Assembly: GCA_963696675.1 (NCBI GenBank)
Contig: CAVOLM010000030.1
Location: 2,675 to 66,674 of the forward strand
From: an uncultured Gammaproteobacteria bacterium
GTDB taxonomy: Bacteria > Pseudomonadota > Gammaproteobacteria > Steroidobacterales > Steroidobacteraceae
Length of the DNA stretch: 64,000 bases
Direction of reading: 5' to 3'
Position numbers and translations under genes: made by a program. This document shows, piece by piece, positions 32,928 to 42,449 of this stretch. Under the pieces are notes generated by a model. That model made no database searches. It was not told the DNA's origin and was given only the letters and a program-made list of their open reading frames with translations. The stretch's first letter is position 1, and every line of letters starts with the position of its first letter.

Positions 32928-34578
32928 ATGCGTAGAAGGTCGCGATGGCTTCTGATCGGCATGCTGGCGGTCGCAAGCCTGGCGAGCTGGGCGAAGGATG
33001 CGACCGTCCATTCCCTGGCTCGACTACGACATCTTCCGCGAGCACATCGCTGCCCTGGCCTCTGACGACTTCGAGGGCCGCAAACCCGGCACCAGCGGCG
33101 AAGAGAAGACGGTGGAATACATTCGCCGCCAGTTTGCTGAGGCGGGGCTCAAGCCCGGTCACGGCACAACCTTCTTCCAGTCGGTGCCACTGGTCGAGAT
33201 CACGGCGGCTCCGGATACGACCCTGACGTTCGAGCGGGCGGGCACCAAGCGCGAGCTCAAGTATGCCCAGGACATGGTGGTCTGGACCAAGCGCGTCGTC
33301 GCCCAATCCGCCATCGAGAACAGTCCCCTCGTGTTCGTCGGTTACGGCATCGTCGCGCCGGAGTACGACTGGAACGACTACGCGGCGGCCGACATCAAGG
33401 GCAAGACGGCCGTCATCCTGGTCAACGACCCGGGCTTTGCGACCGGCGACCCGAAACTGTTTCGCGGCCGCGAAATGACCTATCACGGCCGCTGGACCTA
33501 CAAGTTCGAAGAGGCGGCGCGGCAGGGCGCGGCTGGCGCGCTCATCATTCACGAGACCGAGCCCGCGGCGTACGGCTGGAACGTGGTCGCCACGAGCTGG
33601 ACCGGTCCGCAGCTCGATTTGGCGAGTTCGGATGCAAACGCGGGTCGCGTCGCGATCGAAGGCTGGGTCAGTAACGAAGCGGCGGGATCGCTGTTTCAGC
33701 TCGCCGGCCAGGACTTCGCAGCGCTGAAGGCCGCCGCTGCGCAACGCGGTTTCAAGGCAGTCCCGCTCGACGTGCGGGCGAGTGTCTCGGTGCGCAATGC
33801 GATCCGTCGCTCCAACTCGGCGAACGTCATCGGCATCCTTCCCGGCAGCAAGCGCCCGGACGAATACCTGATCTATACGGCGCACTGGGATCATTTCGGC
33901 CGGCTGCAGGGTAAGACTGGCGACGCGATCGCGAACGGCGCGATCGACAACGCAAGCGGCGTCGCCGGGATCATTACGCTCGCGCGTGCATTTGCACACG
34001 CCGCCGAGCGGCCGGAGCGCTCGATCATCTTCCTCGCGGTGACCGGCGAGGAATCAGGCCTGCTCGGTTCGGCGTACTACGCGGACAATCCGATCTATCC
34101 GCTGGCACGCACCGCTGCAGTGGTCAACCTTGACGCCCTCTACGCCGGAGGGCCTGCGCGCGACATCGTCGTCGTGGGCTCGGGCAACTCGGAGCTGGAG
34201 GACGATCTGCGCAAGGCCGCCAAGCAGCAGGATCGCGTCATTGCGCCAGAACCGACGCCGGAGAAGGGCTTCTACTATCGCTCCGATCATTTCAACTTTG
34301 CCAAGAAGGGCGTGCCGGCGCTGTACACCAAGCTCGGCACGGATGATCGCGAGCACGGTCGCGCGTACGGGCAGCAACAGCAGGAGGACTACATCGCCAA
34401 GCGCTACCACCAGCCGAGCGATGAGTACAGCAAGGACCTGGACCTGAGTGGTTCTTTCCAGGACCTCGAGCTGCTGTATCGCGTCGGCGAACGGGTGGCG
34501 GGGGAGAAGAGCTGGCCCGAGTGGTACAAGCACAGCGAATTTCGTGCGGTCCGCGAGCAGAGCGACAGTGAGCGCTGA
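32928..34578 (+). CDS. M28 family aminopeptidase (secreted); frame break near 33000
   Basis: AGGAGA RBS, then ATG at 32928 opening signal peptide MRRRSRWLLIGMLAVASLASWAKDA. The body resumes in another frame (..SIPWLDYDIFREHIAAL..). Motifs include NGAIDNASGVAG, VTGEESGLLGSAYY and YHQPSDEY. Confidence 0.8.
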
Positions 34579-34590
34579 ATCGATATGGCG

Positions 34591-35163
34591 CTAGCGGCGC
34601 GGGACTGTCGCCTGCGGTTCGCCGGTTGTCGCGGGGCTTGCGATCAGGACGAAGTGACTGCGCGTCGCGAGGTCTCCACGGTCTTTGCGTTTCTGACGCA
34701 GGTGAACTCCCGGCTCGCCGTCACGATTAACGCCGACATAGAGTGTCGCGGCGGTTGAGTCCCAGATCGTGAGCAGCGGCCACGCCTGGATCCGCTTCAG
34801 GCGATTGACGAGTGGCTGGTTATCGCGAAACTGCAGCGTGCTCAAGGCTCGTGCGCTGCGCGAATCCTCGACGGCCGGGGCGGCGAACTCGATGCGCTCC
34901 GGTTGCAGTAGCGGGTAAGTGTCGCGTGCCACCCAAGCGCTCGTAGCTGGCGGCGGCGCAAGTTCCGCTGCGGGCTTCAGCTCGCAGGGAGTGCACAGCA
35001 AGTGCGCAACTTCAAGCTGGCGCTACGGATGATTGTTGGGGCGCGCGTGTTTCACGCGTCGGCTCGCCGGCGCTGGCGGCTCGAGTGCACAGGCCCATGG
35101 CGGCAGCAACGCGAGGGCGAGGGCTGAAAGGACGGGGCGGCGAGTTCTGTGCTGGCGGCTCAT
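34591..35163 (-). pseudogene. Hypothetical secreted protein interrupted by an in-frame TAG (35023-35025)
   Basis: ATG at 35163 opens MSRQHRTRRPVLSALALALLPPWACALEPP.. (signal peptide). A TAG follows codon 46, and the same frame continues for 143 more codons to 34591. Confidence 0.5.
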
Positions 35164-35234
35164 CGTGCAACACGGGGCGGCCTTTATTGTTGTTGGCGAC
35201 CACGTTGCACCGTCTGCGAAGGGCCGACTGTGCG

Positions 35235-35684
35235 CTACGTCTCAGAGCGCCAGAGAGCGCCCGGAATTGAAGGACGCTGCCCGTTATGTCGCGAAGGCAG
35301 TTGCGTTTCGACCGGGCAGGCAGGGTCATAGTCCGCGCCGTCGTCGGAGATCGGCTCGCGCGGCCAGAACCAGCGGCGCATGCGGATCAGCACGCGCATG
35401 AGCTGCACCAGCAGATACGGGCCGAGCACGACACCCCAGCCCGGCAACCACCCGTGGAAGAGCCCGCGATAGTAGTCAAAGATGAAGGCGCCAAGGCCGC
35501 CATCAGTGTAAGGACCGAGCGTCAGTACACCCACGAGGTACACAGCGAGCGGCATCACGATGAAGCCCAGGACGACGCCCGCGACCAACAGCCATAACTC
35601 GCGGCGTATTCGCGGATGACGATGCAACGCCGCTGCGAACCAGTGCGGCGGCTTGACTCTGCTGGCGTCGGTTGGCTGATTCAC
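35235..35684 (-). CDS. Hypothetical membrane protein
   Basis: GTG at 35684. Two to three TM helices (LWLLVAGVVLGFIVMPLAVYLVGVL.., WGVVLGPYLLVQLMRVLI); no family recognised. Confidence 0.45.
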   Translation of the reverse strand: MNQPTDASRVKPPHWFAAALHRHPRIRRELWLLVAGVVLGFIVMPLAVYLVGVLTLGPYTDGGLGAFIFDYYRGLFHGWLPGWGVVLGPYLLVQLMRVLIRMRRWFWPREPISDDGADYDPACPVETQLPSRHNGQRPSIPGALWRSET

Positions 35685-35787
35685 GTCTCGATTCCAGTCC
35701 GGGGAGCTGCATTGTCCGGGGCGCAGCGGCAACGGGCAACCGCCCACCGCACGCGCATGGCTATAATCGCGCGGCTGGAGGGTGCAG

Positions 35788-36741
35788 ATGGGGCGCATTC
35801 GAGCTGCGGTAATCGGCGTCGGCTACCTCGGACGTTTTCACGCGCAAAAATATGCTGCGCTCGAAGGCGCGACGCTGGTAGGCGTAGCCGATGTTTCCAC
35901 GGAAAACCGTGAGCGCGTCGCCAAGGAACTGGGCGTCCCTGCGTTTGCCGACTACCGCGAGCTCCTGGGCCGAGTCGATGCGGTCAGTATTGCGACGCCC
36001 ACGCAGCACCATTACGAGATCGGCGTGGCATTTCTCGAATCCGGCGCGCATGTCCTCGTGGAAAAACCGATCACCACCACGGTGGCGGACGCTCGCCGGC
36101 TGATCGAAGTAGCGGCGCGCACGCAGCGCGTCCTGCAGGTTGGTCATCTCGAGCGCTTCAACTCCGGGCTGCTCGCGCTCGACGGAATTCTCACTACGCC
36201 ACGCTTCATCGAATCGCATCGCCTCGCACCCTTCAAGCAGCGCGGCACGGACGTCAACGTGGTGCTCGACCTGATGATTCACGACATCGACATCATCCAG
36301 GACATCGTGCATTCGCCAATCGCCACGCTTGACGCGGTGGGGGCACCGGTATTTTCGGGCGAGATCGATATCGCCAACGCACGCATTCGTTTTGCCAATG
36401 GTTGTGTCGCGAACACCACGGCGAGTCGCGTCAGCCTCAAGACCGAACGGAAACTCCGCCTGTTCCAGGATGACGCCTACATGTCGGTCGACCTGCAGCA
36501 GAAGGTGCTGACCGTGGTGCGCAAGATCGACAGACCGATGCAGGGCGATCTGCCACCGGTGCAGATCGAAGAGCGCACTTTCGAACAGGGTGATGCGCTC
36601 AAGGCCGAAATCGAGTCGTTCCTCGATTGCATCGCCAACAACAAAGCGCCAATTGTCTCAGGTGAGGACGGCCTGCGCGCACTGGAGACCGCGATCCGGA
36701 TTACGGAACAGGTCACGGGGCAACCCCATCGTCCGGGATGA
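35788..36741 (+). CDS. Gfo/Idh/MocA family NAD(P)-dependent oxidoreductase
   Basis: GGAGGG RBS, then MGRIRAAVIGVGYLGRFHA (Rossmann GxGxxG) and EKPITTT. Confidence 0.85.
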   Translation: MGRIRAAVIGVGYLGRFHAQKYAALEGATLVGVADVSTENRERVAKELGVPAFADYRELLGRVDAVSIATPTQHHYEIGVAFLESGAHVLVEKPITTTVADARRLIEVAARTQRVLQVGHLERFNSGLLALDGILTTPRFIESHRLAPFKQRGTDVNVVLDLMIHDIDIIQDIVHSPIATLDAVGAPVFSGEIDIANARIRFANGCVANTTASRVSLKTERKLRLFQDDAYMSVDLQQKVLTVVRKIDRPMQGDLPPVQIEERTFEQGDALKAEIESFLDCIANNKAPIVSGEDGLRALETAIRITEQVTGQPHRPG

Positions 36742-36756
36742 TCGACCGACAGCTCG

Positions 36757-36920
36757 GCCGCCCCCACTCTGCCCCTGCCAATGTCGCGCGCCGATATTGC
36801 GAAGTATCTGCGCCTCGCAGCTGAGACAAGTAAGTAGGGTGCCGCGTCGGGTGCAGGATCAGCGCTCGATAGAGGTACATGGCCGCGACTTGCGGATTCT
36901 ACGGTGGCGCGAATTGCAGG
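36757..36920 (+). pseudogene. Relic of a Crp/Fnr-family regulator gene (C-terminal HTH only, frameshifted)
   Basis: ..LPLPMSRADIAKYLRLAAET then a stop. The next frame reads VSRVPRRVQDQRSIEVHGRDLRILRWRELQAVA. Together these match the Crp/Fnr HTH signature (lPmsR.dIAdYLGLt.ETvSR.l..l...G.I...gr.i.I.d...L). No room exists for the N-terminal cNMP domain, because the upstream gene ends at 36741. Confidence 0.55.
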
Positions 36921-36971
36921 CCGTTGCCCAGAATATGTTGATAGGGTTTTCCGCCCGAGCCCAGCCGCGGA

Positions 36972-36985
36972 TTGACATGGATCAG
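36972..36985. promoter_or_regulatory. Candidate FNR/Dnr/NnrR-type box upstream of the NO reductase gene
   Basis: TTGAC-ATGG-ATCAG compared with consensus TTGAT-N4-ATCAA. It is centred about 63 nt upstream of the norZ ATG. Confidence 0.4.
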
Positions 36986-37041
36986 TGCGCGTCGCAGGAC
37001 GCAGGTGCTTGCTTTGCAGCCGTAAGGCACGGGAGTTCGCC

Positions 37042-39318
37042 ATGTCCACCACCAGGAGACTCTGGATCGCGCTCGGTAGCCTGCTTGCCATTACCTTCGC
37101 GGTGCTCCTCGGGATGGGACGCCAGATCTACCATCAGGCGCCACCGGTCCCGGAACGCGTGGTCGCCGCGAGCGGCAAGATACTTTTCACACGCGATGAC
37201 ATCGAAGCCGGCCGCCAGGTCTGGCAGAGCTTCGGTGGTCAGCAGCTTGGTTCGATCTGGGGTCACGGTGCCCTGATCGCTCCGGACTGGAGCGCCGACT
37301 GGCTGCACCGCGAGGCGGAGCAGCTACTCGACCAGTGGGCGCGCGACGAGCACGCGGTCGGTTTCACGGCGCTCGACGAGGGGCTGCAGGAGACGCTGAA
37401 GCTGCGGCTGCGCAAGGAGATGCGCAACAACAGCTACGATGCCGCGAACCGCACGTTGACCGTCTCCGACGATCGCGCCGCCGCGGTCGCGAAAGTCGCC
37501 GCGCACTACGAGAGCGTGTTCAGCGACGATCCCGCGTCGACACAGTTGCGCGAAACCTATGCGATGCGCGACGGTACGGTGGACACCGCCGAACATCGTC
37601 GCGAGCTGGTAGCGTTTTTCTTCTGGACGGCCTGGGCCACCGTGACCACCCGCCCCGGCTCGACGATGAGCTACACGAGTAACTGGCCCTACGAGCCGCT
37701 TGTCGGCAACACGCCGACTCCAAGCGCGTTCCTCTGGACCGTCTTCAGTGTCCTGTTCATGATCGCCGGTATCGGGCTGCTCGCCTGGCATTACGCCGCG
37801 TGGCATCGCAAGGAGCCGCACCTGGCGCCTCCCGCTGTCGATCCGTTGGCCGGCCTGACGGTGACGCCGTCCATGCGTGCGACGGCCAAGTACTTCTGGG
37901 TCGTGATCGCCCTGTTCATCGTCCAGATCCTGCTCGGCGCGATCACGGCTCACTATCAGGTTGAAAAGCAGTTCTACGGCTTCGAGATCTCCCAGATTCT
38001 GCCGTACTCGCTGACGCGTTCGTGGCATACGGAGCTGGCGGTGCTCTGGATCGCCACTGCGTGGCTCGGCACCGGCCTGTATATCGCGCCCGCGGTATCC
38101 GGACATGAGCCGAGATTCCAGCGTCTCGGCGTCAATTTTCTCTGGGTATGCCTGCTGGTCATCGTCGTCGGCGCGTTCGCCGGACAATGGCTGGCGGTGA
38201 TGCAAAAACTCGGGCTCGCGAAGAACTTCTGGTTCGGGCACCAGGGCTGGGAGTACGTCGACCTCGGCCGCTTCTGGCAGATCTTCCTGTTCGTCGGACT
38301 GATGCTGTGGCTGGTGCTGATGGGTCGCGCGCTGTGGCCGGCGCTGCGACGCAAGGACGATCTTGCATCCATCGTCGGCTTGCTGTTCCTCTCCACGGTC
38401 GCGATCGCCGGACTCTACGGTGCCGGCCTGATGTGGGGCGAGCACAGCCACCTCTCGGTGGTCGAGTACTGGCGCTGGTGGGTCGTGCATCTGTGGGTGG
38501 AGGGCTTTTTCGAAGTATTCGCAGTAGCCGTGATTTCGTTCCTGTTCGTGAAGCTCGGGCTCGTGCGCGCACGCACGGCGACCGTCAATGTGCTGTTCGC
38601 GACCTTCGTCTTCATGGCCGGCGGTGTGCTCGGCACGTTCCACCACTTGTACTTCGCCGGGACCACCGACGGCCGTGCATCGCGCTCGGTGCGTCGTTCT
38701 CGGCACTGGAAGTTGTGCCGCTGGCGCTGATCGGCCTGGAGGCCCACGAGACCTGGTCGCACGGTCGGGCGACGCCCTGGATGAGCCGATATCGCTGGCC
38801 GATCCTGTTCTTCCTGGCGGTGTCGTTCTGGAATCTGGTCGGCGCGGGGCTGTTCGGCTTCCTGATCAACACGCCGCTCGCGCTCTACTTCATGCAGGGC
38901 CTGAACCTCACGCCGCTGCACGGCCACACCGCGCTGTTCGGCGTCTACGGGATGCTGGGGCTCGGCCTGATGCTGTTCTGCCTGCGCGGGCTTGAGACCG
39001 GACGTGGAGTGGCATCAGGGATGGCTGCGCGGCTCGTTCTGGACGCTGAATATCGGGTTGACTCTGATGGCTCTCCTGACGCTGCTGCCACTCGGCGTGC
39101 TGCAGCTGTCCGCGGTACTGGAGCACGGCTACTGGTATGCACGCTCGGCCGAGTTCATGAATCAGCCGATCGTTCACTTGCTGATCTGGATGCGCGTACC
39201 CGGGGACACGCTGTTTGCGGTCGGTGCTCTGCTGTACGCCTGGTTCGTGTTGCGTCTGTGGATCGTGCCGCGGCGCTGGGTGCCCGTCGTGGCCAGCTCC
39301 GCAGGCAGCGATGGCTGA
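37042..39318 (+). CDS. norZ: Quinol-dependent nitric oxide reductase (qNOR, single-subunit NorB/NorZ type); frame breaks near 38660-38680 and 38994
   Basis: Long N-terminal extension with one TM helix, then a heme-copper oxidase fold. Motifs include ..WGHGA.., ..HYQVE.., ..WWVVHLWVEGFFEVF.., ..FHHLYF.. and ..TPLHGHTALFGVYGM... Three collinear ORFs. Confidence 0.85.
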
Positions 39319-39712
39319 GTTCTATGCGCAGATCAAGTATGCACACGTGCTGTGCGTGATTCTTTCGGGCAGCCTGTTCACGCTACGGGGTCTGATGATG
39401 CTGGCGCGCTCGCAGCACGTGAATCATCCTGCGTTACGCTACCTGTCGTACTCGATCGACACAGCCCTGCTCACGGCGGCGCTGATGCTGGTGACGATCC
39501 TGCACCAGTATCCGTTCGTGCAGGGCTGGCTGACCGTGAAGGTCCTGTTACTGGTCGTGTACGTCGTGCTGGGCATGTTCGCACTGAGGCGAGGTCACCA
39601 GCGGGCGGTACAGGTTGCCTGCTTTTTCGCGGCGCTCGGCGTGTACCTCTTCATCATCAGCGTTGCACGTGCGCATTCGCCTTGGGGAGTATTTGCCAGC
39701 CTGCTGTCGTGA
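39311..39712 (+). CDS. SirB2 (YchQ) family inner-membrane protein
   Basis: ..HQYPFVQGWLTVKVLLLVVYVVLGMFALRRG closely parallels E. coli SirB2 (..GQYPFTQSWLTVKV..). The ATG overlaps the norZ stop (ATGGCTGA). Confidence 0.75.
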   Translation: MAEFYAQIKYAHVLCVILSGSLFTLRGLMMLARSQHVNHPALRYLSYSIDTALLTAALMLVTILHQYPFVQGWLTVKVLLLVVYVVLGMFALRRGHQRAVQVACFFAALGVYLFIISVARAHSPWGVFASLLS

Positions 39713-39730
39713 AAAGCAGGAGCGCGGAAA

Positions 39731-40084
39731 TGGTGGAGGCGGCGGGAATCGAACCCGCGTCCGAAAGCCCTACGCTACGTGACCTACATGCTTAGCCGCT
39801 TCAATTATTCTCGCCACACGCTACCCGAAGGGCAGGGAAGACGTGCAGCCAGCTCAAGTTACGTTTAACAGGCCGGCCTTCAGCACACCGGGCCCGCGAT
39901 CTTGTGAGCGCGTCCCCTGATTTGGATCCACAAGCAAATGCCAGTCAGGGGTTAGGCGGGATTAAGCCGCCAGAGCGTAGTTGTCGTCGTTTGCAACTAT
40001 AAGTTTGCAGACGGTTTAACGAGGAATTCTGCACCTCGGCATGCACCCGTAGTTTCGCGACCCCCGTCGAAGCCGATCGCCCCC
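39731..40084 (-). ncRNA. ssrA: tmRNA (SsrA), tag peptide ANDDNYALAA
   Basis: 5' GGGGGCGAUCGGCUUCGACGGGGGUCGCGAAAC.. . The resume codon and tag read GCAAACGACGACAACTACGCTCTGGCGGCTTAA. The 3' end is GCGGGTTCGATTCCCGCCGCCTCCACCA. The acceptor stem pairs GGGGGCG with CGCCUCC and includes G3:U. Confidence 0.95.
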
Positions 40085-40099
40085 ACACGTGCAGGATGC

Positions 40100-40127
40100 A
40101 TTGTAGGGCCATGGCCGCGCGACACAA
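40100..40127 (-). promoter_or_regulatory. Candidate sigma-70 promoter for ssrA
   Basis: On the minus strand: TTGTGT, a 16-nt spacer, then TACAAT. The -10 element lies about 16 nt upstream of the mature tmRNA 5' end. Confidence 0.5.
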
Positions 40128-40131
40128 GGAC

Positions 40132-40602
40132 TTAGTGCCGCTTCAACACGCGTGCCTTCTCGCGCTCCCAGTCACGCGCCTTGTCGGTGGCGCGCTTGTC
40201 GTGCTGTTTCTTGCCCTTCGCGAGACCGATCTCGAGCTTCGCGCGCCCGTTCTTCCAGTAAAGGAGCAGAGGGACGATCGTGTAGCCCCGACGCTCGACT
40301 GCGCCCACGAGGTGATCGAGCTGGTTTCGATGCAGCAGGAGCTTGCGTGTGCGCGTCGGGTCCGCTTGCACGTGTGTCGAGGCCGAGGTCAGCGGCGAGA
40401 AGTGCGCACCGAAAAGCCAGGCCTCACCGTTGCGCACGAAGACATAGCTTTCCTTGATCTGCGCGCGACCGGCCCGCAGGCTCTTGACCTCCCAACCCTC
40501 GAGCGCCAGGCCGGCTTCGTAGCGATCCTCGATGAAGTAATCGTGGCGCGCCTTGCGATTCTCGGCGATGGTGGGGCTCGGCTTGTCAGACTGCGCGGAC
40601 AT
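40132..40602 (-). CDS. smpB: SsrA-binding protein
   Basis: [63 protein letters not shown]. The ATG at 40602 lies within the longer ORF. Confidence 0.95.
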   Translation of the reverse strand: MSAQSDKPSPTIAENRKARHDYFIEDRYEAGLALEGWEVKSLRAGRAQIKESYVFVRNGEAWLFGAHFSPLTSASTHVQADPTRTRKLLLHRNQLDHLVGAVERRGYTIVPLLLYWKNGRAKLEIGLAKGKKQHDKRATDKARDWEREKARVLKRH

Positions 40603-40621
40603 CGTGCTGTAGCATAACCTC

Positions 40622-41056
40622 GTGCGGCAGATCGATCGCCATGCCCTGGTCCCATACACGGCCGAGCAGATGTATGCGCTGGTCGATGACGTGTCTCGCT
40701 ACCCCGAGTTCCTTCCCTGGTGCCGCAAGGCGGAGGAGCTTGAGCGCACGCCGACCGAGGTCGTGGCGAGCCTGCAGGTTCACAAGGGCGCTCTGCATGC
40801 CCAGTTCACCACGCGCAATCGCCTCGAGCCGTCGCAGGCGATTCGTCTGGAGCTGGTCGATGGACCATTTCGCACCCTGAGCGGTGCCTGGCGATTCTCG
40901 CCCATTGCTGACAAGGGGTCGCGAGTGTCGCTGCAACTGCAGTTCGCCTTCGCGAATCCGCTCAATGCCTGGCTCCTCGAGCCGGTGTTCGAGCACACCT
41001 GCAATTCCCTGGTCGATGCCTTTGTCGCGCGCGCGCAGGCAACCTATGGACGATGA
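40622..41056 (+). CDS. ratA: RatA / SRPBCC (CoQ-binding, polyketide-cyclase fold) protein
   Basis: [27 protein letters not shown], 144 aa, within the conserved smpB | ratA-rnfH arrangement. Confidence 0.85.
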   Translation: MRQIDRHALVPYTAEQMYALVDDVSRYPEFLPWCRKAEELERTPTEVVASLQVHKGALHAQFTTRNRLEPSQAIRLELVDGPFRTLSGAWRFSPIADKGSRVSLQLQFAFANPLNAWLLEPVFEHTCNSLVDAFVARAQATYGR

Positions 41057-41345
41057 GTTGCAGCTGCATTGCGAGGTCGCGTATGCGCGACCGGATCGGC
41101 AGTGGCTCGTCGCTGTCGTGCTGCCGAAGGGCGCGACAGTACTGGATGCGCTGCGCTCCTCGCAGCTCGCAGCGCTGTGCCCGGAGATTGTGCCGGAGAG
41201 CGCGGTACTTGGAATCTTCGGCAAGGTCGTGCCGGCCGATCACCGCGTGCGCGAAGGCGATCGAGTTGAGATCTATCGGCCTTTGGCTGCCGATCCTCGC
41301 GATGCGCGCCGTGCTCGAGTCAAAGCTGCCCGCTCAGGGCGGTGA
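41046..41345 (+). CDS. rnfH: RnfH family ubiquitin-fold protein
   Basis: LHCEVAYARPDRQWLVAVVLPKGATVLDAL..GIFGKVV..LREGDRVEIYRPL..DP. Confidence 0.85.
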   Translation: MDDELQLHCEVAYARPDRQWLVAVVLPKGATVLDALRSSQLAALCPEIVPESAVLGIFGKVVPADHRVREGDRVEIYRPLAADPRDARRARVKAARSGR

Positions 41346-41907
41346 GGGCGTCGGCGTCTCTGATGGTTCCGGCGCTGACGGTGGCGGTAATTGTTCGGGC
41401 GTTGACGACGAGGATTCCGGTGGTGGCGAGGCGGGCGGCGGCGGCAGCTGTTCCGCCGTTGACGACGGTGGCGCCGGCGGAGGCGGCAACGGCTGCGCAG
41501 GCTCCCTGGCTTCGGCTGGCTTGTCGGTAGGCGTCGTCGTTGCGACCTTGGCTGATCCCCGGGGCCTCTCGATGCGTGAGACTTTGTCGTCCTCGAAATA
41601 GACCGTGATCTGGGCTTGCTCCGCTTTGCGGGTACGCCCGTGCTTGTAATAGAAGAAATAGTCCCAGCGATCATGGTCGAAGCGCATTCGGGACCATCGG
41701 CGTGCCGAGCAGATAGCGCACCTGGCTGCGCGTCATGCCGACGCTGAGCTGTTCCGTTGCCTTCGGATCCAGGAAGTTTCCCTGCTGGATGTTGATGCGA
41801 TACACGCAGCCGGCACCCATCACCGCCATCACCAAGAAGAGCGCGAGGGTTGCGAGGCGAACAGGTGCTGCAGGGGTGCGCGGGGCGCGATCAGCCAAAT
41901 GCGTCAT
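41334..41907 (-). CDS. bamE: Outer membrane protein assembly factor BamE with a long Pro-rich C-terminal extension; frame break near 41690
   Basis: Lipobox VMAVMGAGC, then YRINIQQGNFLD..LSVGMTRSQVRYLLGTPM and ..DRWDYFFYY..ITVYFEDDKVSRIE. A tail of about 75 aa rich in P/S/T/E follows. Confidence 0.75.
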
Positions 41908-42010
41908 GAACGGTGGAGTGTGTGCGGGGGGTGGAGGATAATGGCCGCGCATCATAGCGAATTCGCCCGTTCCCGGCAGGCGTACCGCTCAATCCCCGAG
42001 AGGCAAGCAC

Positions 42011-42442
42011 GTGGAAGGCAAAGACCTGCGCAAGGCCGGACTGAAGGTCACGCTGCCGCGGCTCAAGATCATCGAGATTCTCGAGCACACGACAACGCGC
42101 CACATGAGCGCGGAAGACATCTACAAGACCCTCCTGGAATCCAACGAAGACATCGGGCTGGCGACGGTCTATCGCGTTCTCACCCAGTTCGAGGCCGCCG
42201 GACTCGTGACGCGACACCATTTCGAGGATGGAATGGCGGTCTTCGAGCTCAACCAGGGGCCGCACCATGATCACATCGTGTGCATTGACTGTGGCCGGGT
42301 CGAGGAGTTCGTGGACAGCGGCATCGAGGACCGGCAGAACGCGGTGGCGAAGCGCCTCGGATACGAGATCCGCGATCATTCACTGATTCTTTACGGGCAA
42401 TGTCGGCGCAATCCGTGCCCGCACCAGAAGGCGCGGGACTAG
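42011..42442 (+). CDS. fur: Ferric uptake regulator
   Basis: LRKAGLKVTLPRLKIIEIL..SAEDIYK..GLATVYRVLTQFEAAGLV..HHDH..CIDCG. Confidence 0.9.
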   Translation: MEGKDLRKAGLKVTLPRLKIIEILEHTTTRHMSAEDIYKTLLESNEDIGLATVYRVLTQFEAAGLVTRHHFEDGMAVFELNQGPHHDHIVCIDCGRVEEFVDSGIEDRQNAVAKRLGYEIRDHSLILYGQCRRNPCPHQKARD

Positions 42443-42449
42443 CCGACCA

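Noticed and set aside
40622-41345. ratA-rnfH as a mobile toxin-antitoxin module
   Set aside because: This is the universally conserved smpB-adjacent pair of housekeeping-type genes (an SRPBCC protein and a ubiquitin-fold protein). There is no antitoxin-like partner or mobile context.
41937-41955. Fur box in the bamE-fur intergenic region
   Set aside because: Only the first heptamer (GATAATG) matches the 19-nt consensus GATAATGATAATCATTATC; the remainder does not.
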